DNA of 64,000 nucleotides from an uncultured Thermoleophilia bacterium (GTDB lineage Bacteria; Actinomycetota; Thermoleophilia; UBA2241): NCBI GenBank assembly GCA_963713475.1, contig CAVQLY010000016.1, positions 2,069 to 66,068 of the forward strand, read 5' to 3'. Shown piece by piece: positions 39,977 to 49,690 of this stretch (position 1 is its first letter; each line of letters starts with the position of its first letter). The notes under the pieces were generated by a model. It saw only the letters and a program-made list of their open reading frames with translations, ran no database searches and was not told where the DNA came from. The position numbers and the translations under genes were made by a program.

Positions 39977-41820
39977 TCCTCCACCGCGGGCCCGCCGCGG
40001 GGCCGCTTCAGCAGCACGACGATGAGGGAGCCGCCGACCAGCACCACGACGCCGATGATGTACCACATGGTGTTCGATCCGCCGCCGTCGGTCGTCGCCG
40101 CGGCGGCCGTCTTCGGCTTCAGCTCCAGATAGCTCTGTCGATCGATCATGTTCGCCCAGACGCTGCCGCCCACGTAGGGCTGCCAGCCTTCCCATCGGGA
40201 CGTGTCGACGGCCTGCAGCACGGACGGGTAGTCGAGGACGATCATCGGCTGCTCGGCGTACATGACGCCCTGCGCCTGCTTGAGCAGCTCCATGCGTCTG
40301 GTCGTATCCATCTCGCGGTACTGCGCCAGGGTCAGCTTGTCGTACTCCGCGTTGGACCAGTTCATCTCGTTGTAGTTCTCGATCTGGTCGGTGGTGAAGC
40401 AGGCGGCGGAGTCGCCCGGGTCGATGTAGCCCATGAAGTCCCAGAGCGCGAGGTCGTAGTCGGGCGCGTAGGTGTCGCCCTTGTAGTTCCAGATGCTGTC
40501 GCCCAGCGCGCCCTCGTCGACCACCGAGTACTCGATGCCGAGGCCGATGTCCTTGAGCCAGCCGGCGATCAGCTTGCCCTGCACCTGGCTCTCCGGCGAG
40601 ATGTCGCGCGCCCAGAGACGCAGCTCGATGGGCTTGCCGTCCTTGTCTTCGCGGACGCCGTCGCCGTCCGAATCCTTGTAGCCGGCCTCATCCATGAGCG
40701 TCTTGGCCTTCTCGAGGTCGAAGCCGATGGTGCTCGCGGCATCGGGCTGGTAGTACGGGTTCGCGGCGGCCGGCCAGCCGTCCTTGGGGAAGATGCCGTA
40801 GCCGGTCTGGGCGTAGCCGCTCCAGCCGAGCGACCCGCACTTCTCCCTGTCGATCGCCCACGCCATCGCGACGCGGAACTTCGCGTCCCTCAGCACAGGG
40901 TTGCCCAGCGAATCCGGGCTGTCGTAGCAGTTGATGTCGATGTACTCCCAGTTGTACAGCGGGTAGGGGATGGCCTTGATGCCGGCCTCGCCCTCGAGCC
41001 GCTTGAACTGCTCGGGCGGGATGACCTGGGCGCCGTCGATGGTCCCGCTCTTGAGGTCCTGCACCATCGTGTCCGTGTTCGTGTAGTAGGAGAAGATGAT
41101 CTCGTCGAGCGTCGGCTGCTTGCCCCAGAAGGTGGGGTTGCGGACCATCTTCACGTACTCGTCCTTCTTGAACTCGACCGCCTGGAACGGGCCGGAGCCG
41201 ACGATCGGCACCGGGTTGCGGAAGGTCGTGCCGAGCTCCTTGGCGCTCAGCTTGCCCCAGATGTGCTCGGGCAGGACGTAGATGTACACCTGCGTGAGCA
41301 GCATGTTGGCCTTGGGCTGCGTGCAGATGACCTTCAGGGTGGTGTCGTCGACGGCGACGGCCTTCTCGACGTCCTTGAGGTAGATGGCCAGGCTCAGGTC
41401 GTCCTCGATGATGGTGTTGAAGGTCCAGGCGACGTCGGCGGCCGTGAGAGGCTCGCCGTCCTGCCACTTCACCCCGGGGCGGATGTGGAAGGTCCACGTC
41501 TTCTGGTCGGGCGAGAGCTCCCAGTCCTGCGCCAGGCCCACGTCCTTGGACGGCAGCCCGTCGGCGCCGACACCGACGAGCGTGTCGTAATTGAGCATCC
41601 AGATCTCGTACGAGGTGCTGTACCCGATGAAGGGGTTGAGGTTGAGCGGCCCCTCGTTCCAGCCGAGCCGGAGCGTGACCTTGCCGGTGTCGGGCGACGG
41701 CGCGCTGCTGGCCCCGGCGAACGAGGCGCCCACCGCCAGGAGGATGACCAGGACGGCGGCGAGGACGGCGGCGAGGACGACCCTCCGACGCCGGCGCCCG
41801 GCGATGTGACTGCGACCCAT
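39973..41820 (-). CDS. orphan ABC substrate-binding protein, family 5, with C-terminal TM anchor
   Basis: 615 aa. It has a signal-like VVLAAVLAAVLVILLAVGASFAGA and SBP_bac_5 motifs (WTFHIRPGVKWQDGEPLTAADV, VGSGPF). The C-terminus is MWYIIGVVVLVGGSLIVVLLKRPR. No permease or ATPase gene is adjacent. Confidence 0.85.
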   Translation of the reverse strand: MGRSHIAGRRRRRVVLAAVLAAVLVILLAVGASFAGASSAPSPDTGKVTLRLGWNEGPLNLNPFIGYSTSYEIWMLNYDTLVGVGADGLPSKDVGLAQDWELSPDQKTWTFHIRPGVKWQDGEPLTAADVAWTFNTIIEDDLSLAIYLKDVEKAVAVDDTTLKVICTQPKANMLLTQVYIYVLPEHIWGKLSAKELGTTFRNPVPIVGSGPFQAVEFKKDEYVKMVRNPTFWGKQPTLDEIIFSYYTNTDTMVQDLKSGTIDGAQVIPPEQFKRLEGEAGIKAIPYPLYNWEYIDINCYDSPDSLGNPVLRDAKFRVAMAWAIDREKCGSLGWSGYAQTGYGIFPKDGWPAAANPYYQPDAASTIGFDLEKAKTLMDEAGYKDSDGDGVREDKDGKPIELRLWARDISPESQVQGKLIAGWLKDIGLGIEYSVVDEGALGDSIWNYKGDTYAPDYDLALWDFMGYIDPGDSAACFTTDQIENYNEMNWSNAEYDKLTLAQYREMDTTRRMELLKQAQGVMYAEQPMIVLDYPSVLQAVDTSRWEGWQPYVGGSVWANMIDRQSYLELKPKTAAAATTDGGGSNTMWYIIGVVVLVGGSLIVVLLKRPRGGPAVEE

Positions 41821-42033
41821 GTGTCGGACCCCCCGATGGTGCGTGCCGCGCCGGCCCGGCGAAGCGGAGGCGGCGCTCCAGATGTGCCGGGACGGTATGC
41901 GGGCGGGCGGGCCCCGTCAAGACCGGGCGCCTACGTTGTCCTTAGTGTCCCGTATGACTATTGTTGGGAGGCGTCATGCGTGCAATCCATCGAGGGGCCA
42001 GCCGATGCGATCTGCTCCGCGAGAGAACGCGAG

Positions 42034-43407
42034 ATGACGGACGTTCCCGAGACCCGCTGGGCCAGGACGGTCGACGGCGCCTGCATCGCCTACCAGGACC
42101 TCGGTTCGGGCCCTATCACGCTGCTCGTGGTGCATGGCTGGGTCTCGCACCTCGAGGTGTATTGGGAGCAGCCACGCTACGTGCGCTTTCTGCAGCGCCT
42201 GTCTCGCAACCTTCGCGTGCTCGTCTTCGACAAGCGCGGCGTCGGGATGTCGGATCGAGTATCCGGGTCGCCAGACCTGGGCACGCTCCTCGACGATGTC
42301 CGCGCCGTGATGGACGCTGCCGACGTCGAGAAGGCCGCGCTCTTCGCCTGGGGCGAGCCCGGACCCGAACTCGCCGCGTTCTTCGCGGCCACCTACCCAG
42401 ACCGGACGACCTGTCTCGCACTCAACGGCCTGCTTCACTATCGTCGGGAACCCGATTTCCCCTGGGGTTTCAGCGTCGAGCAGTTCGAGACGGATCTGTC
42501 GCGCAGCCTCAGGGCATGGGGAAGCGCAGACGGCGCTCTCGATTTCGTCCGTGAGGGGTTCGTCGCTCCGCCTGCCGACGATTCCCCGCTCACGGCTCCC
42601 GACTTCCTCAAGTGGAGCGCGAAGTTCGCCCGCTACGCCGCGACGCCCGCGAGCTTCGAGGCATTCGAGCGTATGTGGTACGCGACGGACATCCGCCCGA
42701 TCCTCCCCACGATCTCCGTTCCCACGGCTGCCTTCTTCTCCGTCGATGATCCGGAGGACGAAGCCGGCGATCGTGCGCAGGCCGGCTTGATCCCCGGTGC
42801 GATCACCGTTCCGGTCGCGACGCCGTCGGAGGTCATCTGGGTCCACGATCCCGAGCCAATCGTGTCCGCCCTGGAGCGCTTCATCGAATCCGTCCGTCAC
42901 GAAGAAGCCGAGCTCGACCGCATGCTCGCCACCGTCCTCTTGACCGACATCGTCGGCTCGACCGACAAGGCCTGTGCCGCCGGTGACGCCTGCTGGACGG
43001 ACCTTCTCGAGCGGCACAACGCCACCGTTCGCGCCTTCTTGGCCAGGTACCGTGGCAACGAGATCAAGACCACGGGCGACGGCTTCCTCGCCACCTTCGA
43101 CGGACCCGCCCGGGCAGTGAAGTGCGCCCAAGGCATCTGCGAGGCGGTCCGGCCGCTCGGCATCGAGGTGCGCACCGGCTGCCACACGGGGGAGATCGAG
43201 CTGCTGGGCGCCGACATCGGCGGCATCGCCGTACACATCGGCGCCCGAGTCGCCGCGCTCGCCGGGCCCTCCGAGGTCCTGGTCACGTCGACGGTCAAGG
43301 ACTTGGTGGCGGGTTCGGGTCTGCTGTTCGACGATCGCGGGGAGTGCCGCCTCAAGGGCGTGCCGGACGCATGGCATCTCTATGCCTTGGCTGCATCCGG
43401 CACCTGA
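42034..43407 (+). CDS. alpha/beta-hydrolase-fold + class III adenylate/guanylate cyclase fusion (Rv1900c/LipJ-like), copy 1
   Basis: ATG 42034. The N-domain reads IAYQDLGSGPITLLVVHGWVSH...FDKRGVGMSDR. The C-domain reads LATVLLTDIVGST...EIKTTGDGFLATF...GCHTGEIELLGADIGGIAVHIGARVAALAGPSEVLVTSTV...LKGV. The upstream 770 aa of the track ORF is a shadow of minus-strand genes. Confidence 0.88.
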   Translation: MTDVPETRWARTVDGACIAYQDLGSGPITLLVVHGWVSHLEVYWEQPRYVRFLQRLSRNLRVLVFDKRGVGMSDRVSGSPDLGTLLDDVRAVMDAADVEKAALFAWGEPGPELAAFFAATYPDRTTCLALNGLLHYRREPDFPWGFSVEQFETDLSRSLRAWGSADGALDFVREGFVAPPADDSPLTAPDFLKWSAKFARYAATPASFEAFERMWYATDIRPILPTISVPTAAFFSVDDPEDEAGDRAQAGLIPGAITVPVATPSEVIWVHDPEPIVSALERFIESVRHEEAELDRMLATVLLTDIVGSTDKACAAGDACWTDLLERHNATVRAFLARYRGNEIKTTGDGFLATFDGPARAVKCAQGICEAVRPLGIEVRTGCHTGEIELLGADIGGIAVHIGARVAALAGPSEVLVTSTVKDLVAGSGLLFDDRGECRLKGVPDAWHLYALAASGT

Positions 43408-43456
43408 CCGCAAGTCTTTCGAGTCTGGCCGTGGCCAGTTCATAGGAGGGGGACAC

Positions 43457-44437
43457 ATGAGCTCAGGAAGAACACCGGGACCCACGGAGCGCGAGTCGGG
43501 CCAGCCCGTCGAGGGAGTCCTTCGCTCGCGGCAGTTGGAGACACTCGAGCGCACGCCGCTGTTCCAGGCGCTGCCGAAACGGCATCGTGCCCGAGTCGCC
43601 GATCTCGCCGAGCTCAGGCGTTACGAGGACGGAGCGGACATCGTGCGCGCCGGCGAGCCCGGCGACTCCTTCCATGTCGTGCTGGAGGGCGAGCCGTCGG
43701 TGATCGCCGCCGATGGTCACGAACAACCACTGATGCCGGGCGACCACTTCGGCGAGCTCTCATTACTCGATGGCGCCCCTCGCGCCGCCACGGTCACCGC
43801 CCACGGCGCAGTCACCACGGGACGGGTGTCACGTGCCGACTTCCAGAACGTCCTGCACGAGGAGCCGGCCCTCGCGGTCGCCCTCCTTCCCGGCCTGGCG
43901 CTCGTGGTCCGCGACATGTTGCGCACCGACGCGGAGCGCATCCCCGACCAGAGCCGAGTGGGCGACTGGCAGGAAGGGGCAGACGAGGCCGCAGGCAAAG
44001 TACTGGAAGGCATTGACGCGCTCAGCTGGCTCATGGTCCTGCGCCACGTGACTCTGCTCGAGGCCCTGCCCGAACGCCATCTTCACCGCATCGCCAAGCA
44101 CGTGACCGTGGAGCGCTACGACGCCGGAGCGACCATCGTGGTCGCGGGCGCGCCGGGCGACGCCTTGTACGTCATCCTCAGCGGTCGCGCCCGCGTGCAC
44201 ACGCCCGGCGGGCACACGCGCGCGCTGGACGCGAACGACTGCTTCGGGGAGCTGGCGCTCATCGACGGCGCTCCTCGCGCGGCCACGGTGACGGCAGTCA
44301 GCGAGCTGACCACTGCAAGGATCGCACGCGCGGACTTCCAGAAGCTGCTCAACGCCGAGCCCGACATGGCCATCGGCCTGCTCGACGGCGTCATGCCGAC
44401 CGTGCGCGACCTGCAGTCGGCGACCGCCGTCATGTGA
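43457..44437 (+). CDS. stand-alone protein with two tandem cyclic-nucleotide-binding (CNB) domains
   Basis: ATG 43457 follows AGGAGGGGG. There are two phosphate-binding cassettes, FGELSLLDGAPRAATVTA and FGELALIDGAPRAATVTA, each preceded by an LF..LP....L...A lead-in. No output domain is recognisable. Confidence 0.85.
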   Translation: MSSGRTPGPTERESGQPVEGVLRSRQLETLERTPLFQALPKRHRARVADLAELRRYEDGADIVRAGEPGDSFHVVLEGEPSVIAADGHEQPLMPGDHFGELSLLDGAPRAATVTAHGAVTTGRVSRADFQNVLHEEPALAVALLPGLALVVRDMLRTDAERIPDQSRVGDWQEGADEAAGKVLEGIDALSWLMVLRHVTLLEALPERHLHRIAKHVTVERYDAGATIVVAGAPGDALYVILSGRARVHTPGGHTRALDANDCFGELALIDGAPRAATVTAVSELTTARIARADFQKLLNAEPDMAIGLLDGVMPTVRDLQSATAVM

Positions 44438-44477
44438 GCCGCTGAAGCTGACTCCTCGAAGGTCGGAGGTGGCGGGG

Positions 44478-45866
44478 ATGACGGACATGCCAAAGACCAG
44501 GTGGGCGACTACCGGCGATGGCGCATCGATCGCCTACCAGGTCCTCGGCGAAGGTCCCGAGACCATCGTCGTCATCCACCCCTGGGCCTCGCATCTCGAG
44601 GTGTACTGGGAGCAGCCGCGGTTCGTCCGGTTCATGCGCCGGCTGGCGCGGGATCTGCGCGTCGTGCACATGGACAAACGAGGCTGGGGCATGTCGGACC
44701 GGATCTTCGGGACGCCGGACGTCAGCCTTCTCATGGACGACGTCCGGGCCGTGATGGACGCTTCCGGCACGGAACGGGCTGCGGTATTCGGCTGGGGCGG
44801 CACAGGCGGCGCGCCGCTCGCCGCCCTCTTCGCCGCCACGTACCCCGAGCGCACATCGGCGCTCCTCCTCGATGGCCGGCTCCACGAACGCTGGTCAGAG
44901 GACCACCCAAGGGGCGTCACCGATGATGAGGAGGAGGAGTGGGCCGCGGCCTTCGCCCTGATCTGGGGGGACGACGACCACGCCGTCCAATGCGCTCAGT
45001 GGTGCTACGGGGATCGCGCCGAGGACTGCCCGATCGACGACCAGACGTTTCTGCGCTGGTGGACGAAGATGATGAGGTATTCGTCGACACCCACCAGCAT
45101 GGTGGACTTCTCCAGGATGTGGCACGTCACCGACATCCGCCCCGCCCTGCCGACCATCCACGTCCCCACCGCGGTCATGTGCAAGACGGGGGCGCCGGAG
45201 ATCGCGCAGAACGAGGAGGACCAGCGCGACTGGGCGGAGTTCAACGTCAGGCACATCCCCGGGGCACGGCTCGTCGAGGTCCCCGGGACGGCTCACGTCA
45301 TCTGGATCGAGGACCCGGAGCCCTACGTCGCGGCACTCGAAGCGTTCCTTCAATCGATCCAGGACGAGCAGGCCGAGCTCGACCGCATGCTGGCGACCGT
45401 GCTCTTCACCGATATCGTCGGTTCGACCGCGACGGCCTGCGAGCTCGGCGATCACAGGTGGACGCAGCTGCTCGAACGGCACAGGCAAGTCCTGCGTTCG
45501 ATGCTCGCCAGATATCGCGGGACGGAGGTCGGCACGACGGGTGACGGCTTCCTCGCCACCTTTGACGGTCCCGCCCGGGCGGTTCGCTGTGCCCAGGCGG
45601 TCTGCGAGGCCGTGAAGCCTCTGGGCCTTGAGATCAGAGCCGGCTGCCACACCGGCGAGATCGAACTCCTGGGCGCCGACGTCGGCGGCATCGCCGTGCA
45701 CATCGGCGCTCGCGTCGCGGCGCTCGCTGGTCCCTCCGAGGTCCTGGTCAGCTCCACCGTGAAGGACCTCGTCGCCGGCTCCGGCCTCGTCTTCGAGGAC
45801 CGCGGCGAGCGCGTACTCAAGGGCGTGCGCGACCGCTGGCACGTCTATGCGGTGACTTCGTCATGA
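44478..45866 (+). CDS. alpha/beta-hydrolase-fold + class III cyclase fusion (Rv1900c/LipJ-like), copy 2
   Basis: ATG 44478 follows GGAGG; the N-terminus MTDMPKTRWATTGDG is parallel to copy 1. The cyclase motifs are FTDIVGST, EVGTTGDGFLATF and GIAVHIGARVAALAGPSEVLVSSTV. Confidence 0.88.
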   Translation: MTDMPKTRWATTGDGASIAYQVLGEGPETIVVIHPWASHLEVYWEQPRFVRFMRRLARDLRVVHMDKRGWGMSDRIFGTPDVSLLMDDVRAVMDASGTERAAVFGWGGTGGAPLAALFAATYPERTSALLLDGRLHERWSEDHPRGVTDDEEEEWAAAFALIWGDDDHAVQCAQWCYGDRAEDCPIDDQTFLRWWTKMMRYSSTPTSMVDFSRMWHVTDIRPALPTIHVPTAVMCKTGAPEIAQNEEDQRDWAEFNVRHIPGARLVEVPGTAHVIWIEDPEPYVAALEAFLQSIQDEQAELDRMLATVLFTDIVGSTATACELGDHRWTQLLERHRQVLRSMLARYRGTEVGTTGDGFLATFDGPARAVRCAQAVCEAVKPLGLEIRAGCHTGEIELLGADVGGIAVHIGARVAALAGPSEVLVSSTVKDLVAGSGLVFEDRGERVLKGVRDRWHVYAVTSS

Positions 45867-47293
45867 GTGACAAGAGGTTTCACGACCACATCGAGCCGCG
45901 GGGAAGCATCGAGTTGGCCGGTACAGGCGTACCCAAGACCCGCTGGGCCAAGACCATCGACGGCGTCTGGATCGCCTACCATGACATCGGCCGAGGCCCA
46001 CTGACGCTAATCTTCACGAACAGCATGTACTCGCACCTCGAGGTGTACTGGGAACTGCGGCAGTTCGCGCGCTTCATGAACCGCCTCGCCGCGAGCGCCC
46101 GGGTGCTCAACTTCGACCGGCGTGGAACGGGGATGTCCGACCGCGTCGTGCTCTCTTCGGCTCTCGAATCGCGCATGGACGACGTGATCGCCGTCATGGA
46201 CGCCGCCGGCGTCGAGCGCGCCGCCGTCTACGGCTGGGGCGAGGGCTCCGCGGCTGTCGCGGCGCTCCACGCCGGCACTCACCCGGATCGAACGACAGCC
46301 CTCCTCATCGACGGCTGGCTCGCGACGCGCTGGGCTCCCGACTTCCCCCAGGGCATCACCCCTGAGCATCAGGACGCCTACCTGGCCCGCCTGAGCGCGA
46401 TATGGGGCGACGAGGATCATGCACTGGAGATCGGCCAGCTCACCTGCGGCAACAGGCCCGAGGACGGCCCGTGGGACGACCCGGAGTTCGTGCGCTGGCA
46501 CGCCAGACTCGCCCGCTACTCCGCGACCCCGGGGAGCTTCGAGGCCTTCGAGCGCGACGAGTACGAGACGGACGCGCGTGACGTCGCGCGGCAGGTGCGC
46601 GTGCCGACGGCCGTCCTCCTCAAGGAGGGGAACGTCCCTGAGGAGGTCGAGAACGCCGAGTACAACGCGGCGCTCATACCTGGGGCTCGACTCATCCGCG
46701 TCGCAGGAGCAGCGCAGATCCCGATGTTCGACGGCATCGAGGCGTACACGGACGCGATGATCGCGTTCATGAAGTCGGTGGAGGACGAGGAACACGCGCT
46801 CGACCGTGTTCTGGCCACCGTGCTGTTCACCGACATCGTCAGCTCGACGGACAAAGCCTGTGAGCTCGGTGACCGGCGATGGACCGAATTGCTGGAACGA
46901 CACCACACCGTGGTCCGCGCGATGCTCGCTCGCTATCGCGGGGTCGAGGTCGACACCGCCGGCGACGGCTTTCTGGCTACCTTCGACGGGCCGGCGCGGG
47001 CGGTGAAGTGTGCCCAGGCGGTCTGCCAGGCGGTGAAGCCCCTCGGCCTCGAGGTGCGCGCCGGCTGCCACACCGGCGAGATCGAGTTAGTGGGCGCCGA
47101 CGTCGGCGGCATCGCCGTGCACATCGGCGCTCGCGTGGCCGCGCTCGCCGACTCCTCCGAGGTCCTCGTCAGCTCCACCGTGAAGGACCTCGTCGCCGGC
47201 TCCGGACTCGTCTTCGAGGACCGCGGCGAGCACACACTCAAGGGCGTACCTGAGAGGTGGCGGCTGTACGCCGCCGTGTCCGGCACCGTCTGA
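45863..47293 (+). CDS. alpha/beta-hydrolase-fold + class III cyclase fusion (Rv1900c/LipJ-like), copy 3
   Basis: ATG 45863 overlaps the copy 2 stop (ATGA). The cyclase motifs are FTDIVSST, EVDTAGDGFLATF and GIAVHIGARVAALADSSEVLVSSTV. Confidence 0.88.
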   Translation: MSDKRFHDHIEPRGSIELAGTGVPKTRWAKTIDGVWIAYHDIGRGPLTLIFTNSMYSHLEVYWELRQFARFMNRLAASARVLNFDRRGTGMSDRVVLSSALESRMDDVIAVMDAAGVERAAVYGWGEGSAAVAALHAGTHPDRTTALLIDGWLATRWAPDFPQGITPEHQDAYLARLSAIWGDEDHALEIGQLTCGNRPEDGPWDDPEFVRWHARLARYSATPGSFEAFERDEYETDARDVARQVRVPTAVLLKEGNVPEEVENAEYNAALIPGARLIRVAGAAQIPMFDGIEAYTDAMIAFMKSVEDEEHALDRVLATVLFTDIVSSTDKACELGDRRWTELLERHHTVVRAMLARYRGVEVDTAGDGFLATFDGPARAVKCAQAVCQAVKPLGLEVRAGCHTGEIELVGADVGGIAVHIGARVAALADSSEVLVSSTVKDLVAGSGLVFEDRGEHTLKGVPERWRLYAAVSGTV

Positions 47294-47321
47294 CGCCCGG
47301 CGTCGGCATCCAGGGAACGGC

Positions 47322-47419
47322 GTTGGCCGGCGGTGCATGCGCACCGCCGGCCAACAAAGAAGCGGCGGGCGGGCCCGAAGGCCCGCCCGCCGCCGACGCG
47401 AAAGAGGCTAGCTCTTTCG
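47322..47419. terminator. cluster of three hairpins between convergent cyclase copy 3 and groEL
   Basis: Hairpin 1 (47322-47355) has a 15-bp stem, gttggccggcggtgc/gcaccgccggccaac. Hairpin 2 (47362-47393) is gcggcgggcgggcc-cgaa-ggcccgcccgccgc and is followed on the minus strand by TTCTTTGTT, making it the groEL terminator. Hairpin 3 (47399-47419) has the 8-bp stem cgaaagag/ctctttcg. Confidence 0.7.
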
Positions 47420-47441
47420 TATGACTCGCGAGAGTCGGGTC

Positions 47442-49082
<1,641 letters not shown>

Positions 49083-49095
49083 TCAGCCTCCCCTC

Positions 49096-49392
49096 TTATT
49101 TTGCGACTACGGCCAGGATCTCACTGGCGCGCAGAATCAGCAGTTCGTCACCGTCGGCGGTCTTGTACTCGGTACCCGCGTACTTGCCGTAGATGACCTT
49201 GTCGCCCTTCTTGACGTCCATGGGGACGCGGTTCTTGCCGGCCTCGTCCCACTTGCCGTCGCCGGCCGCGACTACCTCACCCATCATCGGCTTCTCTTTG
49301 GCCGTGTCGGGGAGAACGATGCCGCTGGCGGTCGTCTCCTCTTCCTTGACCGCCTTGATGATGACGCGATCTTCGAGCGGCTTGAGCTTCAT
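49096..49392 (-). CDS. groES: co-chaperonin GroES
   Basis: ATG 49390-49392 follows AAGGAGGG. The product is [42 protein letters not shown] (98 aa). Confidence 0.95.
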   Translation of the reverse strand: MKLKPLEDRVIIKAVKEEETTASGIVLPDTAKEKPMMGEVVAAGDGKWDEAGKNRVPMDVKKGDKVIYGKYAGTEYKTADGDELLILRASEILAVVAK

Positions 49393-49439
49393 GCAGCAAC
49401 CCTCCTTGGTGTGTACACCGTGGTGTTTTCGATTTGGTT

Positions 49440-49466
49440 CTGGCACTCTCGGGGAGAGAGTGCTAA
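49440..49466 (-). promoter_or_regulatory. CIRCE operator (HrcA binding site) upstream of groES
   Basis: The minus strand reads TTAGCACTC-TCTCCCCGA-GAGTGCCAG, against the consensus TTAGCACTC-N9-GAGTGCTAA. It lies about 50-75 nt upstream of the groES start. Confidence 0.85.
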
Positions 49467-49690
49467 TCCACACAGCTGAGTATGGTATGACCGGTCACGG
49501 GCGAAGTCAAACCAGCGGTCCGTCCTTTGGACGACCGGACACCGACTCGCAGAAACCGACGTTTTGCAGGTAATTAGTCGCAGCACTCGAGATGCTCGGC
49601 GTCTGTCAGTCGACGCGGCCGAGTGCCGCGCTCTCTGGCGCCGCCCGGGCGCCGTCGCTAGGATGGCGGCATGAGCCAGAACGCGCGCGC

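Noticed and set aside
39724-42033. N-terminal 770 aa of the 1227-aa plus-strand track ORF that ends as cyclase copy 1.
   Set aside because: This part is antisense to the PHP phosphatase and SBP2 genes and has junk composition. The real gene starts at ATG 42034, with an N-terminus parallel to copies 2 and 3 (MTD(V/M)P(E/K)TRWA).
41821-42033. CRP/GlxR-type TGTGA-N6-TCACA sites near the cyclase/CNB module.
   Set aside because: I scanned the divergent region and the short intergenic spacers by eye and found no convincing palindrome. Absence by eye is weak evidence, so this is not claimed either way.
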